64,000 nucleotides of DNA from Callorhinchus milii. Taxonomy: Eukaryota. The stretch spans positions 133,612,001 to 133,676,000 of the forward strand of contig NW_024704742.1 of assembly GCF_018977255.1 (NCBI RefSeq), read 5' to 3'. The notes under the pieces are model-generated. The model worked only from the letters and a program-made list of their open reading frames with translations. It was not told where the DNA came from and did not search any database. Numbering within the stretch: the first letter of the stretch is position 1; each line of letters starts with the position of its first letter. A program made the translations under genes and the position numbers. Of the stretch, positions 56,001 to 64,000 are shown one piece after another.

Positions 56001-59000
56001 GGTGAACATGTTTTCATCCTTCGCACACCAGGGCTGAAATATACAGTATGTTACTGCAGTGAAGAAACTCCATTGTCAGCTGTTGCTTTATTGCAGCGAC
56101 ATAAATCCTACAAAATTATCACTGAGGTCTTGGAAATAAAAGACAAAGCAATTTAAGTAGTCCCAATACGTCAGGCATAATCTATCCATTCTCCTCCCAT
56201 TGCCTCGCTCATGCCAATAAACACATTCATCAAGCAGCAGAATAGGGCCAGGTGACACCAGCAGGGAGCAAGGGAGGGAAGGATGGAGCGAGGAAGGGGA
56301 GAGGGAGCGAGCACGGGAGGGAACAAGGAAGGGAGAGGAGGAAGGGAGAGAGCGAAAAGGGAGGGAGAGAGCAAAGCAGGGAGGAAGGTAGAGAGCCAGG
56401 AAGGCAGGGAGGGAGAAAGGAAGGGAGGGAAGGAGGGAGCGAGAGGGGGAAGAGAGGGAGGGAGCGACAAAGGGAGAGCGCAAGGGATGGAGGGTGAGAA
56501 AGAGCCAGGTAGGTAGGGAGGGAGGGAACAAAGAAGGAAAGGAGGGAGGGAGCAAAGAAGAGAGGGAAGGAGAGTGCGAGGAGCAAGGGAAAGTGGGAAA
56601 GAGCAAAGAGCAAGGGAGGGAGGAACGAGGAGGATGGGAAAGAGAAAGAACAACAAAATGTCAAGAATACTGTTAATTAATAAAAGCAGTGCTTCTCCAC
56701 AGTGGTGGCGTTTAGACGTTTGGGTTTGCCTTACCAATCTTATTATCGTGTCAATGGTCCCTTCGCACCTGTCCAATATCTAGACCACTCTCTCTCGAGG
56801 TCTCACATGACAAGCAGCCACTACTTGTCCAAATCTATTGGATGAAGCAAAGAGAATCAAACTATCTTGGGACGTCCTCCCGACGTGAAAGACGCTCTAT
56901 AAATGGAATCTTGTTGTTGTTGTTAAGAGAAACTTGCTCTATTATGAGGGAGAAGGGATTAACGGGGTATAGGAGAGGGCAATAATAATAATAATAATAA
57001 TCCTTGCATTTGATATAGGACCTTATCACATCTTCAAAACGTCTCAAAACATGGCAGTCAATAATCATGGATTGAGTGAACAAATTACTATTATTATATA
57101 TATAGTTTGAAGGGATTATTATCCACGAAAAAGCGATCCGCCAATCGACTAACCAGGTTCCTACTTACTAGTAGATAAACAGAGATGTGTGGAGTAAGGA
57201 AACTTACCTAATGTTTTGCTCTAGCCGGGAATAGAACCCAGGTCCTCTAACCAACACACAACAGGACGTCAAGTTTGCCATTGCTGGTCTGCTGACATCT
57301 CTAGCTGCAGTGGGAACTTGGACTATTGTTGTCAAAGCCTAGACCCAAATCCCCTTAATGATCAGCTTTCTGTTCCATGCCTTCTTATCTTCAAGCAACT
57401 GTCTTAGATGAAGGAAATATTGATCTCAGATGCTGTGGCATTTGCAGGCAGATTGATTCAGTTTACACTGGAGACCTTGAGCATTTATAATGATAATATT
57501 GTGATAATATACTAATAATAATTCTTCCATTCAGCCACTTCTTGGGTGTCTGTGGCTGCAATATTCACTGTCACTACATTTCATATCCCGTGAAGCGTCC
57601 TCATTATGTAAACATTGCAATATCAAATGCAAGGAATATTATAATAAATATTGTTCATGTCCCACACTTTGGGATGTCTTGCCGCATTGAAAGGCACTTA
57701 TGTGAATTAAATTTCCTGTGGTTGTTTAATTACTGTTTGGTGGATCAGAGTTGTACAGAGTCCCATAGTGTAGGAGTTAAGACTCACCTCGCAAGCGAGA
57801 AGTCTCAGTTTGATTCCTTTGGCAAGTTTCCTTACTCCAAATGCCTCTGTTTACCTAATAGTAAGTAGAAACCGGGTTCCTTGTCAACTGGTGGACCGCT
57901 TTCCTGGGGAAATGGTTTGTGTGTCAGCCTGGTGCAGTGGTTGTACTCTTACCTCTGAGTGAGAAGATTGTGGGATCAACCCCCACGTCGACAATCATAT
58001 ATTCTAAGCTGACACTCCAATGTATGAGGGGTGTGAGGTGGGGAGTTTGCATTGTCGGAGGTGCTGTCCTTCGGATGAGAAGTTAAATCAAGGTCCCTAT
58101 ATAGGTGGACATAAAGATCCCATCGTATTATACGAAACGAGAAGGGGGATTTCTCCCGGTGTCCTGGCCAACAATCCCTCCAAATAAAATTGGTCATTCA
58201 CTCCATGGCTGTTTATGGAACATTGTTGCAACCAACTGGCTGCTGCATTCACCCACAAAAACACACAGTCACTGCACTTTACAGTACACCCTGTGAGACA
58301 GCTTTGAGACATTTCAATGACGTGATAAAGCGCTATATCAAATGCAAGGTTTATTACTATTATTATCAGCACAGGTGGTTTCCGAGAATGTAAATGATGC
58401 TGATATCTTCTGCTGCTTCTGTGTCTGGAACACTTTAATAAGACTTTGGTTTACGAAGGTGTTTGCCTTTTTCATTGAAAACCAGTGACGTGAATGGCTC
58501 CATGGCAAACTGACAAAATGCACAGTCATTTCTCACAATTCCTTTGTGGCTGCTGCCTTCAGATCTGTGCCCACGTAAATTTTCTGTGCCAGTTTCTATA
58601 GCGCCTGTGTAAACAATGGTATCTCACCAGCCAGAATGTACTATCAAGCGGATCAGGAGTGGGCAGACAGCTGCATGGGGAGAATCAAACATTTGCTCAG
58701 CGTGGCGGCTGAACAGAAGATGTTAAAGACTAATCCATTTCGGAGTGGAACAACAAAACAAGACAATGGCTTTGACTTCACAAATGCTGAAAGGCTGCAA
58801 TGAGCAGTGATCAAAAACAGCCACAATCTGGGATTCCACCTTGTCTTAAACCTGCGAAGGGACTGCCCGACCAAACAATCTCTTCACCCCCCCCCCCCCG
58901 GTCCAGGGAGAAAAATCCTTCACTTACGTCACTGCTGTTTCTGTGACTTTTGCTGTGCACAAATTCTGCGCCGTGTTTGCGTACAAAAATGGAGGGAGGA

Positions 59001-60479
59001 GAGTGACCAAAAGCATGGTCGAAGAAGAGGGTCTTGAGACGGATTTTGAAGGAGGCAAGGTAGGGGGTGAGGTGGAGGGACTGCGGGATGAACTTCCAGA
59101 GGGTGGGGGCAGAGTGGCCGAAGGCCCGCCCGCCAATGGTGGGGCCGGTGAGGCGGGGGATGTGAAGCAGGCTGGATCATGCTGAGCGGAGGGAGCGAGC
59201 AGGTTGGTAGGGGGGGTTAGGAGGTCTCAGAGGTATGGGGAGGAAAACCATGGAGGGCTTTACTGTGAAGTGTAGTTCCTCTGTATTTGTAAGCCAGCAT
59301 ATCAGCCAATTTGTGCCACAAACAGCCTCTAAGTGACTAAAACAATTTTACCTGGTGGATTATTGACCAGGACACTGGGAAAAACTCCCTTCTTTTTGAA
59401 CAGTACCATGGGATCTTTAACGTTTACCTGAAAAGGCAGACGGGACCTTGATTTATCATCTCATTCAAAGGAATGCACCACTGACAAGGCAACCCCCACC
59501 CCACTTCTGCCCGGACCTGTATTGAAGTGTCAGTTTGGACTGTATGACTTCCAAGTCCCAATTTGGGGCTCGAACTCACAACCTTCGGACTCAGTGGTGA
59601 GAGTGCTACCAACTGAGCCCGGTTGACAATAGACTGAACCTGCTCTGGCAACCTGATTTGTCTACCGGAGTCATATTTTAAATATCACAATGGAGAACCT
59701 TTTAGCTAACGTTTGCTTTTCCTCTTAGGCCCAGGTTTGGGGGGAAGTATTGTATCGGAAAACGCAGGCGCTATCGCGTGTGTAACACTGAGGCATGTCC
59801 TCCGGATAAACCGTCTTTCCGGCAGATGCAGTGCAGTGAGTTTGACATGGTCCTGTACAAGAACTCGCTCTACACTTGGGTTCCAGTCTATAATACTGGT
59901 ATGTACTGCATCACCCCAACATTTGTGCTTAAACTTCTTATCTCTGATCTCATGCTGTGTAGAGATTATAGAAAACAAGAGGCCACTCAGCTCATTGAGT
60001 CTGTTCTGTCAGTTTATTGGATCATGACAGATCTTTTAAACCCATTGCTATACATCTTTCTCTCTCCCATCCTCTCTCTGGTCCACCTTGCAACCTCTCT
60101 CCCTTCTCCCACCATCTCTCCATCCCTTCTCCCTTCCACCCGCCTCCCTCCCTCCTTCCTTCCCTCTGTTCTTCCCTCTCTCCTTTCATCCCTTCCACTC
60201 CCTTCTTCCCCTCTCCTCCCTCTCCCACTCCCTCCCTTGCTCTCCCCCTCATTCCCTCCGCCTCCCCCTCCTCTAAATCCCACCACCTCCTGTGCTGTAA
60301 TTCTCTGGTTTTCTGGGTGTTGTAACAATTTCCCAATCTTTCCAGTTAATCCCTGTGAGCTGCACTGCCGGCCCATTGAAGGGGAATTCTCCGAGAAGAT
60401 GCTGGATGCGGTGATTGACGGCACCTTGTGCTATGAGATTGCAAACAAAAGGGATATCTGCATCAATGGCATATGTAAG
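16822..60479 (+). CDS. adamts12: ADAMTS12-like secreted metalloprotease, partial: 10 internal exons joined (16822-17018, 28387-28470, 29395-29519, 29831-29980, 31270-31413, 39367-39511, 43295-43387, 54489-54634, 59729-59898, 60346-60479)
   Basis: All exons are AG/GT bounded with compatible phases, and they splice into a 1388-nt stop-free frame. Motifs: zinc site HELGHSFGIQHD, Met-turn YIMS, TSP1 [15 protein letters not shown]. Residues matching recalled ADAMTS12 rather than ADAMTS7: [59 protein letters not shown]. Confidence 0.88.
17165..17545 (-). repeat. Unclassified dispersed repeat (about 380 bp, A-rich end); pieces also at 1-35, 78-142, 6715-6950, 7470-7525, 8265-8500, 14970-15165, 32905-33205, 55320-55480, 55700-55870
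   Basis: Recurring blocks aattaggtaagcagg, agagtgcacattcc, ccatgtgtagg, gggtttccacatgtg...gctgacc(A)n. Confidence 0.7.
19310..22060. mobile_element. Cluster of L2 fragments in both orientations (about 19310-20400 -, 20410-20750 -, 20785-21240 +, 21245-21640 -, 21655-22060 -), with a SINE at 19548-19869
   Basis: Translations show [33 protein letters not shown] and IQNSAARVL, all L2 ORF2 motifs, with frameshifts. Confidence 0.85.
19548..19869 (-). mobile_element. SINE family A, youngest subfamily
   Basis: Near-identical to the reverse complement of 5792-6110. Confidence 0.92.
24125..24810 (-). mobile_element. L2 fragment interrupted by a young SINE
   Basis: Reverse strand encodes [20 protein letters not shown] ORF2 sequence. 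Confidence 0.8.
24425..24739 (+). mobile_element. SINE family A, youngest subfamily
   Basis: Near-identical to 5792-6110; short TSD ATAAT. Confidence 0.92.
28387..28470 (+). CDS. adamts12: Exon (~exon 5, 84 nt): [28 protein letters not shown]
   Basis: tcacag acceptor; GAG|gtattt donor; phase 0 to 0. Confidence 0.95.
29395..29519 (+). CDS. adamts12: Exon (~exon 6, 125 nt): [42 protein letters not shown]
   Basis: ccctttccag acceptor; AG|gtgggt donor; SFCKWQ and [10 protein letters not shown] motifs. Confidence 0.95.
29831..29980 (+). CDS. adamts12: Exon (~exon 7, 150 nt): [50 protein letters not shown], zinc-binding HExxH
   Basis: ttgcag acceptor; AG|gtaata donor; reprolysin active-site motif. 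Confidence 0.97.
31270..31413 (+). CDS. adamts12: Exon (~exon 8, 144 nt): [47 protein letters not shown], third zinc His and Met-turn
   Basis: ttgcag acceptor; GA|gtgagt donor; phase 2 to 2. Confidence 0.96.
31545..31850 (+). mobile_element. L2 3' end fragment (similar fragments at about 27950-28330 +, 47110-47440 -, 55030-55318 +, 58995-59260 -, 61850-62275 -)
   Basis: ORF2 end (APTLWN..P....FKTHLKT), stem-loop and TTG tail. Confidence 0.75.
32431..32751 (+). mobile_element. SINE family A copy
   Basis: Full length; TSD TAAGACA (32423-32429 / 32752-32758). Confidence 0.92.
33730..33871. repeat. Degenerate (CA/TA)n microsatellite
   Basis: Directly visible. Confidence 0.8.
34344..34411. repeat. 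Tandem repeat, four copies of AAGATAGAAAATATGA (two 34-bp higher-order units)
   Basis: Directly visible. Confidence 0.9.
39367..39511 (+). CDS. adamts12: Exon (~exon 9, 145 nt): [48 protein letters not shown], catalytic end and disintegrin-like start
   Basis: ccgcag acceptor; GAT|gtaagt donor. Confidence 0.95.
41889..42200 (-). mobile_element. SINE family A copy
   Basis: Full length; GGACAAT at both junctions (41885-41891 / 42197-42203). Confidence 0.9.
42932..42957. repeat. (CA)n microsatellite
   Basis: Directly visible. Confidence 0.9.
43295..43387 (+). CDS. adamts12: Exon (~exon 10, 93 nt): [31 protein letters not shown], disintegrin-like domain
   Basis: ttgacag acceptor; AAG|gtttgt donor; conserved Cys spacing. 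Confidence 0.95.
44355..45043. mobile_element. Two CR1-clade 3' fragments head-to-head (44355-44680 -, 44720-45043 +)
   Basis: TRGH...[18 protein letters not shown]2 end and (ATTCTATG)-type tails. Confidence 0.8.
45058..45342 (+). mobile_element. SINE family A copy
   Basis: TATAGTG at both junctions; small internal deletion. Confidence 0.9.
54489..54634 (+). CDS. adamts12: Exon (~exon 11, 146 nt): [51 protein letters not shown]1 repeat 1
   Basis: ccttccag acceptor; GT|gtgagt donor; WxxWxxW and CxxTCxxG motifs. Confidence 0.96.
56263..56650 (+). repeat. Polypurine (GGGA/GGAA-rich) low-complexity tract
   Basis: About 390 bp that is almost entirely G/A. Confidence 0.9.
56866..56924 (+). mobile_element. 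Ultra-short L2 type A insertion (3' stem-loop plus tail only)
   Basis: cttgggacgtcctcccgacgtgaaagacgctctataaatggaatc(ttg)n, flanked by AAGAGAA at 56850-56856 and 56925-56931. Confidence 0.75.
57921..58366 (+). mobile_element. SINE family B (different tRNA-like head, full Deu domain; AmnSINE1/SacSINE1-like). Other copies at about 2350-2760 -, 36190-36500 +, 49290-49700 -, 59260-59627 -, 61053-61475 +, 63610-63898 +
   Basis: Deu-domain core gcattgtcggaggtgctgtccttcggatgaga..ttaaa...aaagatccca...cccggtgtcctggccaa, as recalled for the DeuSINE superfamily; shares its 3' end with family A. Confidence 0.8.
59729..59898 (+). CDS. adamts12: Exon (~exon 12, 170 nt): [56 protein letters not shown]
   Basis: gctaac branch-point-like motif, cctcttag acceptor; G|gtatgt donor. 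Confidence 0.96.
60050..60290 (+). repeat. Polypyrimidine (CCT/CTT-rich) low-complexity tract within the 447-nt intron
   Basis: About 240 bp that is almost entirely C/T. Confidence 0.9.
60346..60479 (+). CDS. adamts12: Exon (~exon 13, 134 nt): [44 protein letters not shown], Cys-rich domain
   Basis: ctttccag acceptor; AAG|gtagag donor. Confidence 0.96.
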
Positions 60480-60534
60480 GTAGAGTTGGGTATGTTTGCT
60501 CTGTCAAATGTGAAAGCTTTAGTCTCCTCCTCTT

Positions 60535-60845
60535 AATAATCCTTGCATTTGATATAGCGCTTTTCACGTCTTCTAGGCGTCTCAAAGCGCTTCACAGAAT
60601 ATGCTGTAAAGTGAATTGACTGTATATTTGTGGGCGAAACGCGGCAGCCAATTGCGCACAGCAGTGTCCCACAAACAGTCATGGATTGAAAATGACCAAT
60701 TTATTATTGTTTTTGTTTTCTGGAGGAATTATTATTAGGTGTGTGGAGTAAGGAAACTTGCCCAAGGTTTTGCCCTGCCTGGGATTGAACCCTGGTGTCT
60801 CGCTTGCAAGGCGAGTGCTCTTACCACTGAGCTACAGGACTTCAT
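60535..60845 (-). mobile_element. SINE family A copy 55 nt downstream of the last exon. Further copies at about 7525-7800 +, 7815-8175 +, 11674-11977 +, 23368-23728 +, 25280-25620 -, 30760-31115 +, 35206-35637 +, 38777-39063 -, 39080-39318 -, 48660-48993 -, 51690-52012 -, 52207-52560 +, 56980-57268 -
   Basis: Reverse-complement match to the family consensus. Confidence 0.9.
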
Positions 60846-63800
60846 GTCTAAGTGACAGGCAGACATTAGCATTGCTTGCTGACAGTAATAATAATAATCC
60901 TTCCTTTTGATATAAGCCTTTCACGTTGGGAGGACCTTATGGCAGCCAAATGCACAGGATAGGAAAACAATAATAATCCTTGCATTTGATCTGTGACTTA
61001 TTGCATCGTTGAGTCTCAAAGTGTTTCAGGGGATATTTTCGTGTCATGTCGTGTGTTAGCCTGGCACTCTCGCCTCTGAGTCAGAAGATTGCAGGTTCAA
61101 GCCGCACATCAGGACTTCAAATTATGTAGTCTAAGCTGAAACTCCAATGCAATGTTGGGGATGTGTTGCATTGTCGGAGGTGGTGTTCTTCAGATGAAAC
61201 GTTAAACTCTCTGAATGTTCAAGTATGTTAAACATCCAATGGCACAGTCAAAAAGAGAACTGTGTTTCTCCCGGTGTCCTGGCCAGCAATCTCCAAAATA
61301 AAATTGTTCACTTACTCCCATGGTTGTTTGTGGCACATTGCTGTGCCCAAACTGGCTACCGTGTTTCACGCACAAAATATACAGTCAATCCACTTCAATC
61401 CTGTGACGTGCTTTGAGATAACTCAAAGACATGATAAGGTGCTCCATCGAATGCAAGGATTATTATTATTATTATTTTGGGTATGGCTTGTGGGGATCTG
61501 AACTCAACCATTTGTCAATGCATTCCAGCATCCTGCTTATTTTGCTCATTGCTGCCTTGCACTGTTTGACATGATGATTTACAAGTTATCCAACGCATGT
61601 CAAATTGCTTTCAACAAGAGTAGCATAGATCAGTAAACCCAGATACCAAGAGCAGAGATTGACAAAAGAGCAAAGTGAGAATTGTTGTTTTCGAGAACAG
61701 TGGAGATATAGAACACCTTTACTTCAACTAACTCAGGCCTGCTGTGTTCCCCCCCGACCCCTTCATTCGCTGCACTCCGAACCTCTGGAACTCCTTCCCT
61801 CAAAATCTCTGCTCCTTCATCGATCTTTAAATCTCAGCTGAAGACCAACTTGAGATGTGCCATGAAGGAGACAAGGGAGGGAGTGAGATGAAGGGGATGT
61901 GGGATAGAGTTCCAAAGGGTGGGGACAGAGAGGCTGAAGGTTCGAGCACTGATGGTGGGGTGGGCCTGTTGGGGGATGTGGAGCAGGCTGGAGCCTGCTG
62001 AGCGGAGGGAGCGGACAGGTTGATATGGGGTTAACAGGTCACAGAGGTAGGAAGGAGCAAGGCCATGGAGGGCCTTGAAGGCGAGGATGAGAATTTTGAA
62101 TTCTATCCTCTGAGGAATGGGGAGTCAGTGAAGCCGGGTGGAGTTGATGGTGTCATGGAGCCTGGTGCAGAAGAAGACACGAGCTGTAGAGTTCAGGATG
62201 ATCTGCAGCTTGTGGAGGGAAGAGTTGGAAAGACCGACAAGAAGGTAATTGGCGTAGTCGAGCCTGGATGTGCTTAACTTCCATGAAATGAGTGATCAGT
62301 TTATCTGGGGGATTGTTGACCAGGACAATGGGGCAAACTCCCTTCTCTTTTAGAATAGTGCCATGTAGATCTTTAATGTGCACTGGAACAGGCAGACAGG
62401 ATCCCGATTGAATATCTCATCTAAAAGCACATTGCATTGCAGTGTCAGCCTAGACTATATAAGTTCCAAGTCCTGACTTGGTGCTTGAACCCACAATCAT
62501 AGGGTCAGTGGAGGAGCAAAGGGCCAGGGAAGAGGGAAGGATGATGGCAATATGGAAGGAGATATTGGTGTGAATGGGACAAGAACTTACATTTCTACAG
62601 GCCCTTTCACGTGGGGAGCGCATCTCAAAGTGCGTTACACGGGTGTCTGGGAGCCTATGATGGCAGTAGGGGGAACCGAATGGTAAGGTGACTGAAAACC
62701 GGGTTGAATAAGTCTTAAGGCAGGGAGAGGGGCGAGACAGACACTCGGGGAAGGAGTTCCAAAAAGCGGGAGCAGAATGGTTAAAAGCTTGCTCATCAAT
62801 AATGGAGTTAGGTTGGTCAGGGAACGTGAAGCAAGCCGGTGATGGGGAGGTGGTCAATGGAGAGACAGTGGAACTGAGCAAGGATGGGGAGGTGGTGAGT
62901 CTCACAGAGCCACAGGATTTGAAACAATGCAAGACTAGGTCTAAGTGGAGTTCCACTGATAATAAAAATAATAATAATAATAATATTAATAATAATAATC
63001 CTTGCATTTGATATAGCGCCTTATCATGTCTTCGAGACGTCTTCAAGGCACTTCACAGAATATACTGTAAAGTGAATTGACTACACATTTTATGGGCAGA
63101 ATTTATTTTATGATAAATTTACATAGATTGGGCAGCACAGAAACAGGACATTCAGCACAAATGGTCCATGCTGGTGTTTACACCCACTCCTTGCTCTCTC
63201 CAACACCCTTCTATTGCCTTCTCCCTTATGTGTATATCTAGCCTCCTCTTAAATGCATTTACACGGTCTGATTCAACTACCGCTTCAGGCAGTGAGTTCC
63301 ATATTCTCATTCCCCTCTGCGTGAAGTATTTCCCCCTAAATTCTTTTTTGGATTCGCTAGTACCTCACAATCTTCTACTAAGAGGGAGTCTTTCCATCTG
63401 TAGTGGTCTGTTGTACAGTCCTTCTGTGTGTAACTCTCAAATATTTTCATCTGTTTGTGTATCTCTTTTTACTTCTGTGTACCCAAGTTTGATTAACCAG
63501 ATAGACAATATCCAGCTGTCAGCTTTTTATTCAATGTTTATTTTCTAGTTTTAACAGAGCAGAGCTAACACCTCCACGATACCTCCATCTAGATGATCTA
63601 GATAATCTAAGTGCAGTGCTGAGGTGTGTTGCATTGTTGGAGGTGCCGTCCTTCAGATGAGTCCTTAAACCGATGTCCTGTCTGCCTGTTCAGGTGGACA
63701 TTATAGATGTCATTGCCCAATTCGAAAAGAGAAGGGAGTTTCTGGCCAACAATTCCCCAGTCACTCACTTTGTGGTCGATAGTGGGACATTACTGGGCCA

Positions 63801-64000
63801 CATTGGCTGCCGCGCTCACCCACAGAATATCGTGTGAAATGCATTGAGATGTCATGACAGTGTGATAAGTCACCGTATCAAATTCAAGGATTATTGTATT
63901 ACTTCCTAGTTGGCAACGGGGATGGTATTGTCCCAGTTGTGCTCTGTGGGCAGCTGGTTCCAGGGAGAGCCAGAAAGAGAGAGATACAGCCTGAAAGCTC

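Noticed and set aside
56088..56776. Long Pro/Ser/Leu-rich and Gly/Arg/Glu-rich ORFs
   Set aside because: Artefacts of the polypurine tract, which cannot easily form stop codons.
1..64000. Hundreds of 60-310 aa six-frame ORFs, including recurrent 'MGKFPYST...' and 'CKDYYYY' peptides
   Set aside because: They are translations of SINE, LINE or low-complexity DNA; recurrence reflects repeat copies, not a gene family.

Overview
Eukaryotic genomic DNA, most likely from a cartilaginous fish (probably a chimaera/elephant-shark relative, inferred from the mix of L2, CR1 and Deu-domain SINE repeats). The whole window lies inside one + strand gene, an ADAMTS7/12-subfamily metalloprotease best matching ADAMTS12. 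Ten GT-AG exons (16822-60479; 1388 nt in one open frame, equivalent to about exons 4-13) encode the end of the prodomain, the catalytic domain (HELGHSFGIQHD plus Met-turn), the disintegrin-like domain, the first TSP1 repeat and most of the Cys-rich domain. Neither end of the gene is in the window. The introns are filled with tRNA-derived Deu-type SINEs (two families), L2 and CR1 LINE fragments, an unclassified dispersed repeat and simple repeats, so nearly all six-frame ORFs are spurious. I found no self-contained novel multi-gene system. The most notable observations are: a 2.0-kb non-autonomous DNA transposon with 24-bp TIRs and a perfect 8-bp TSD; a stop-free, frame-preserving 447-nt intron; a candidate in-frame 105-nt cassette exon in the catalytic domain; a young SINE subfamily whose 3' stem-loop matches a young L2; nested insertions resolved to the base; and templated-insertion scars at junctions. 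Comparisons to human proteins and named repeat families come from recall, not from database searches. Repeat boundaries are approximate unless a TSD is given.
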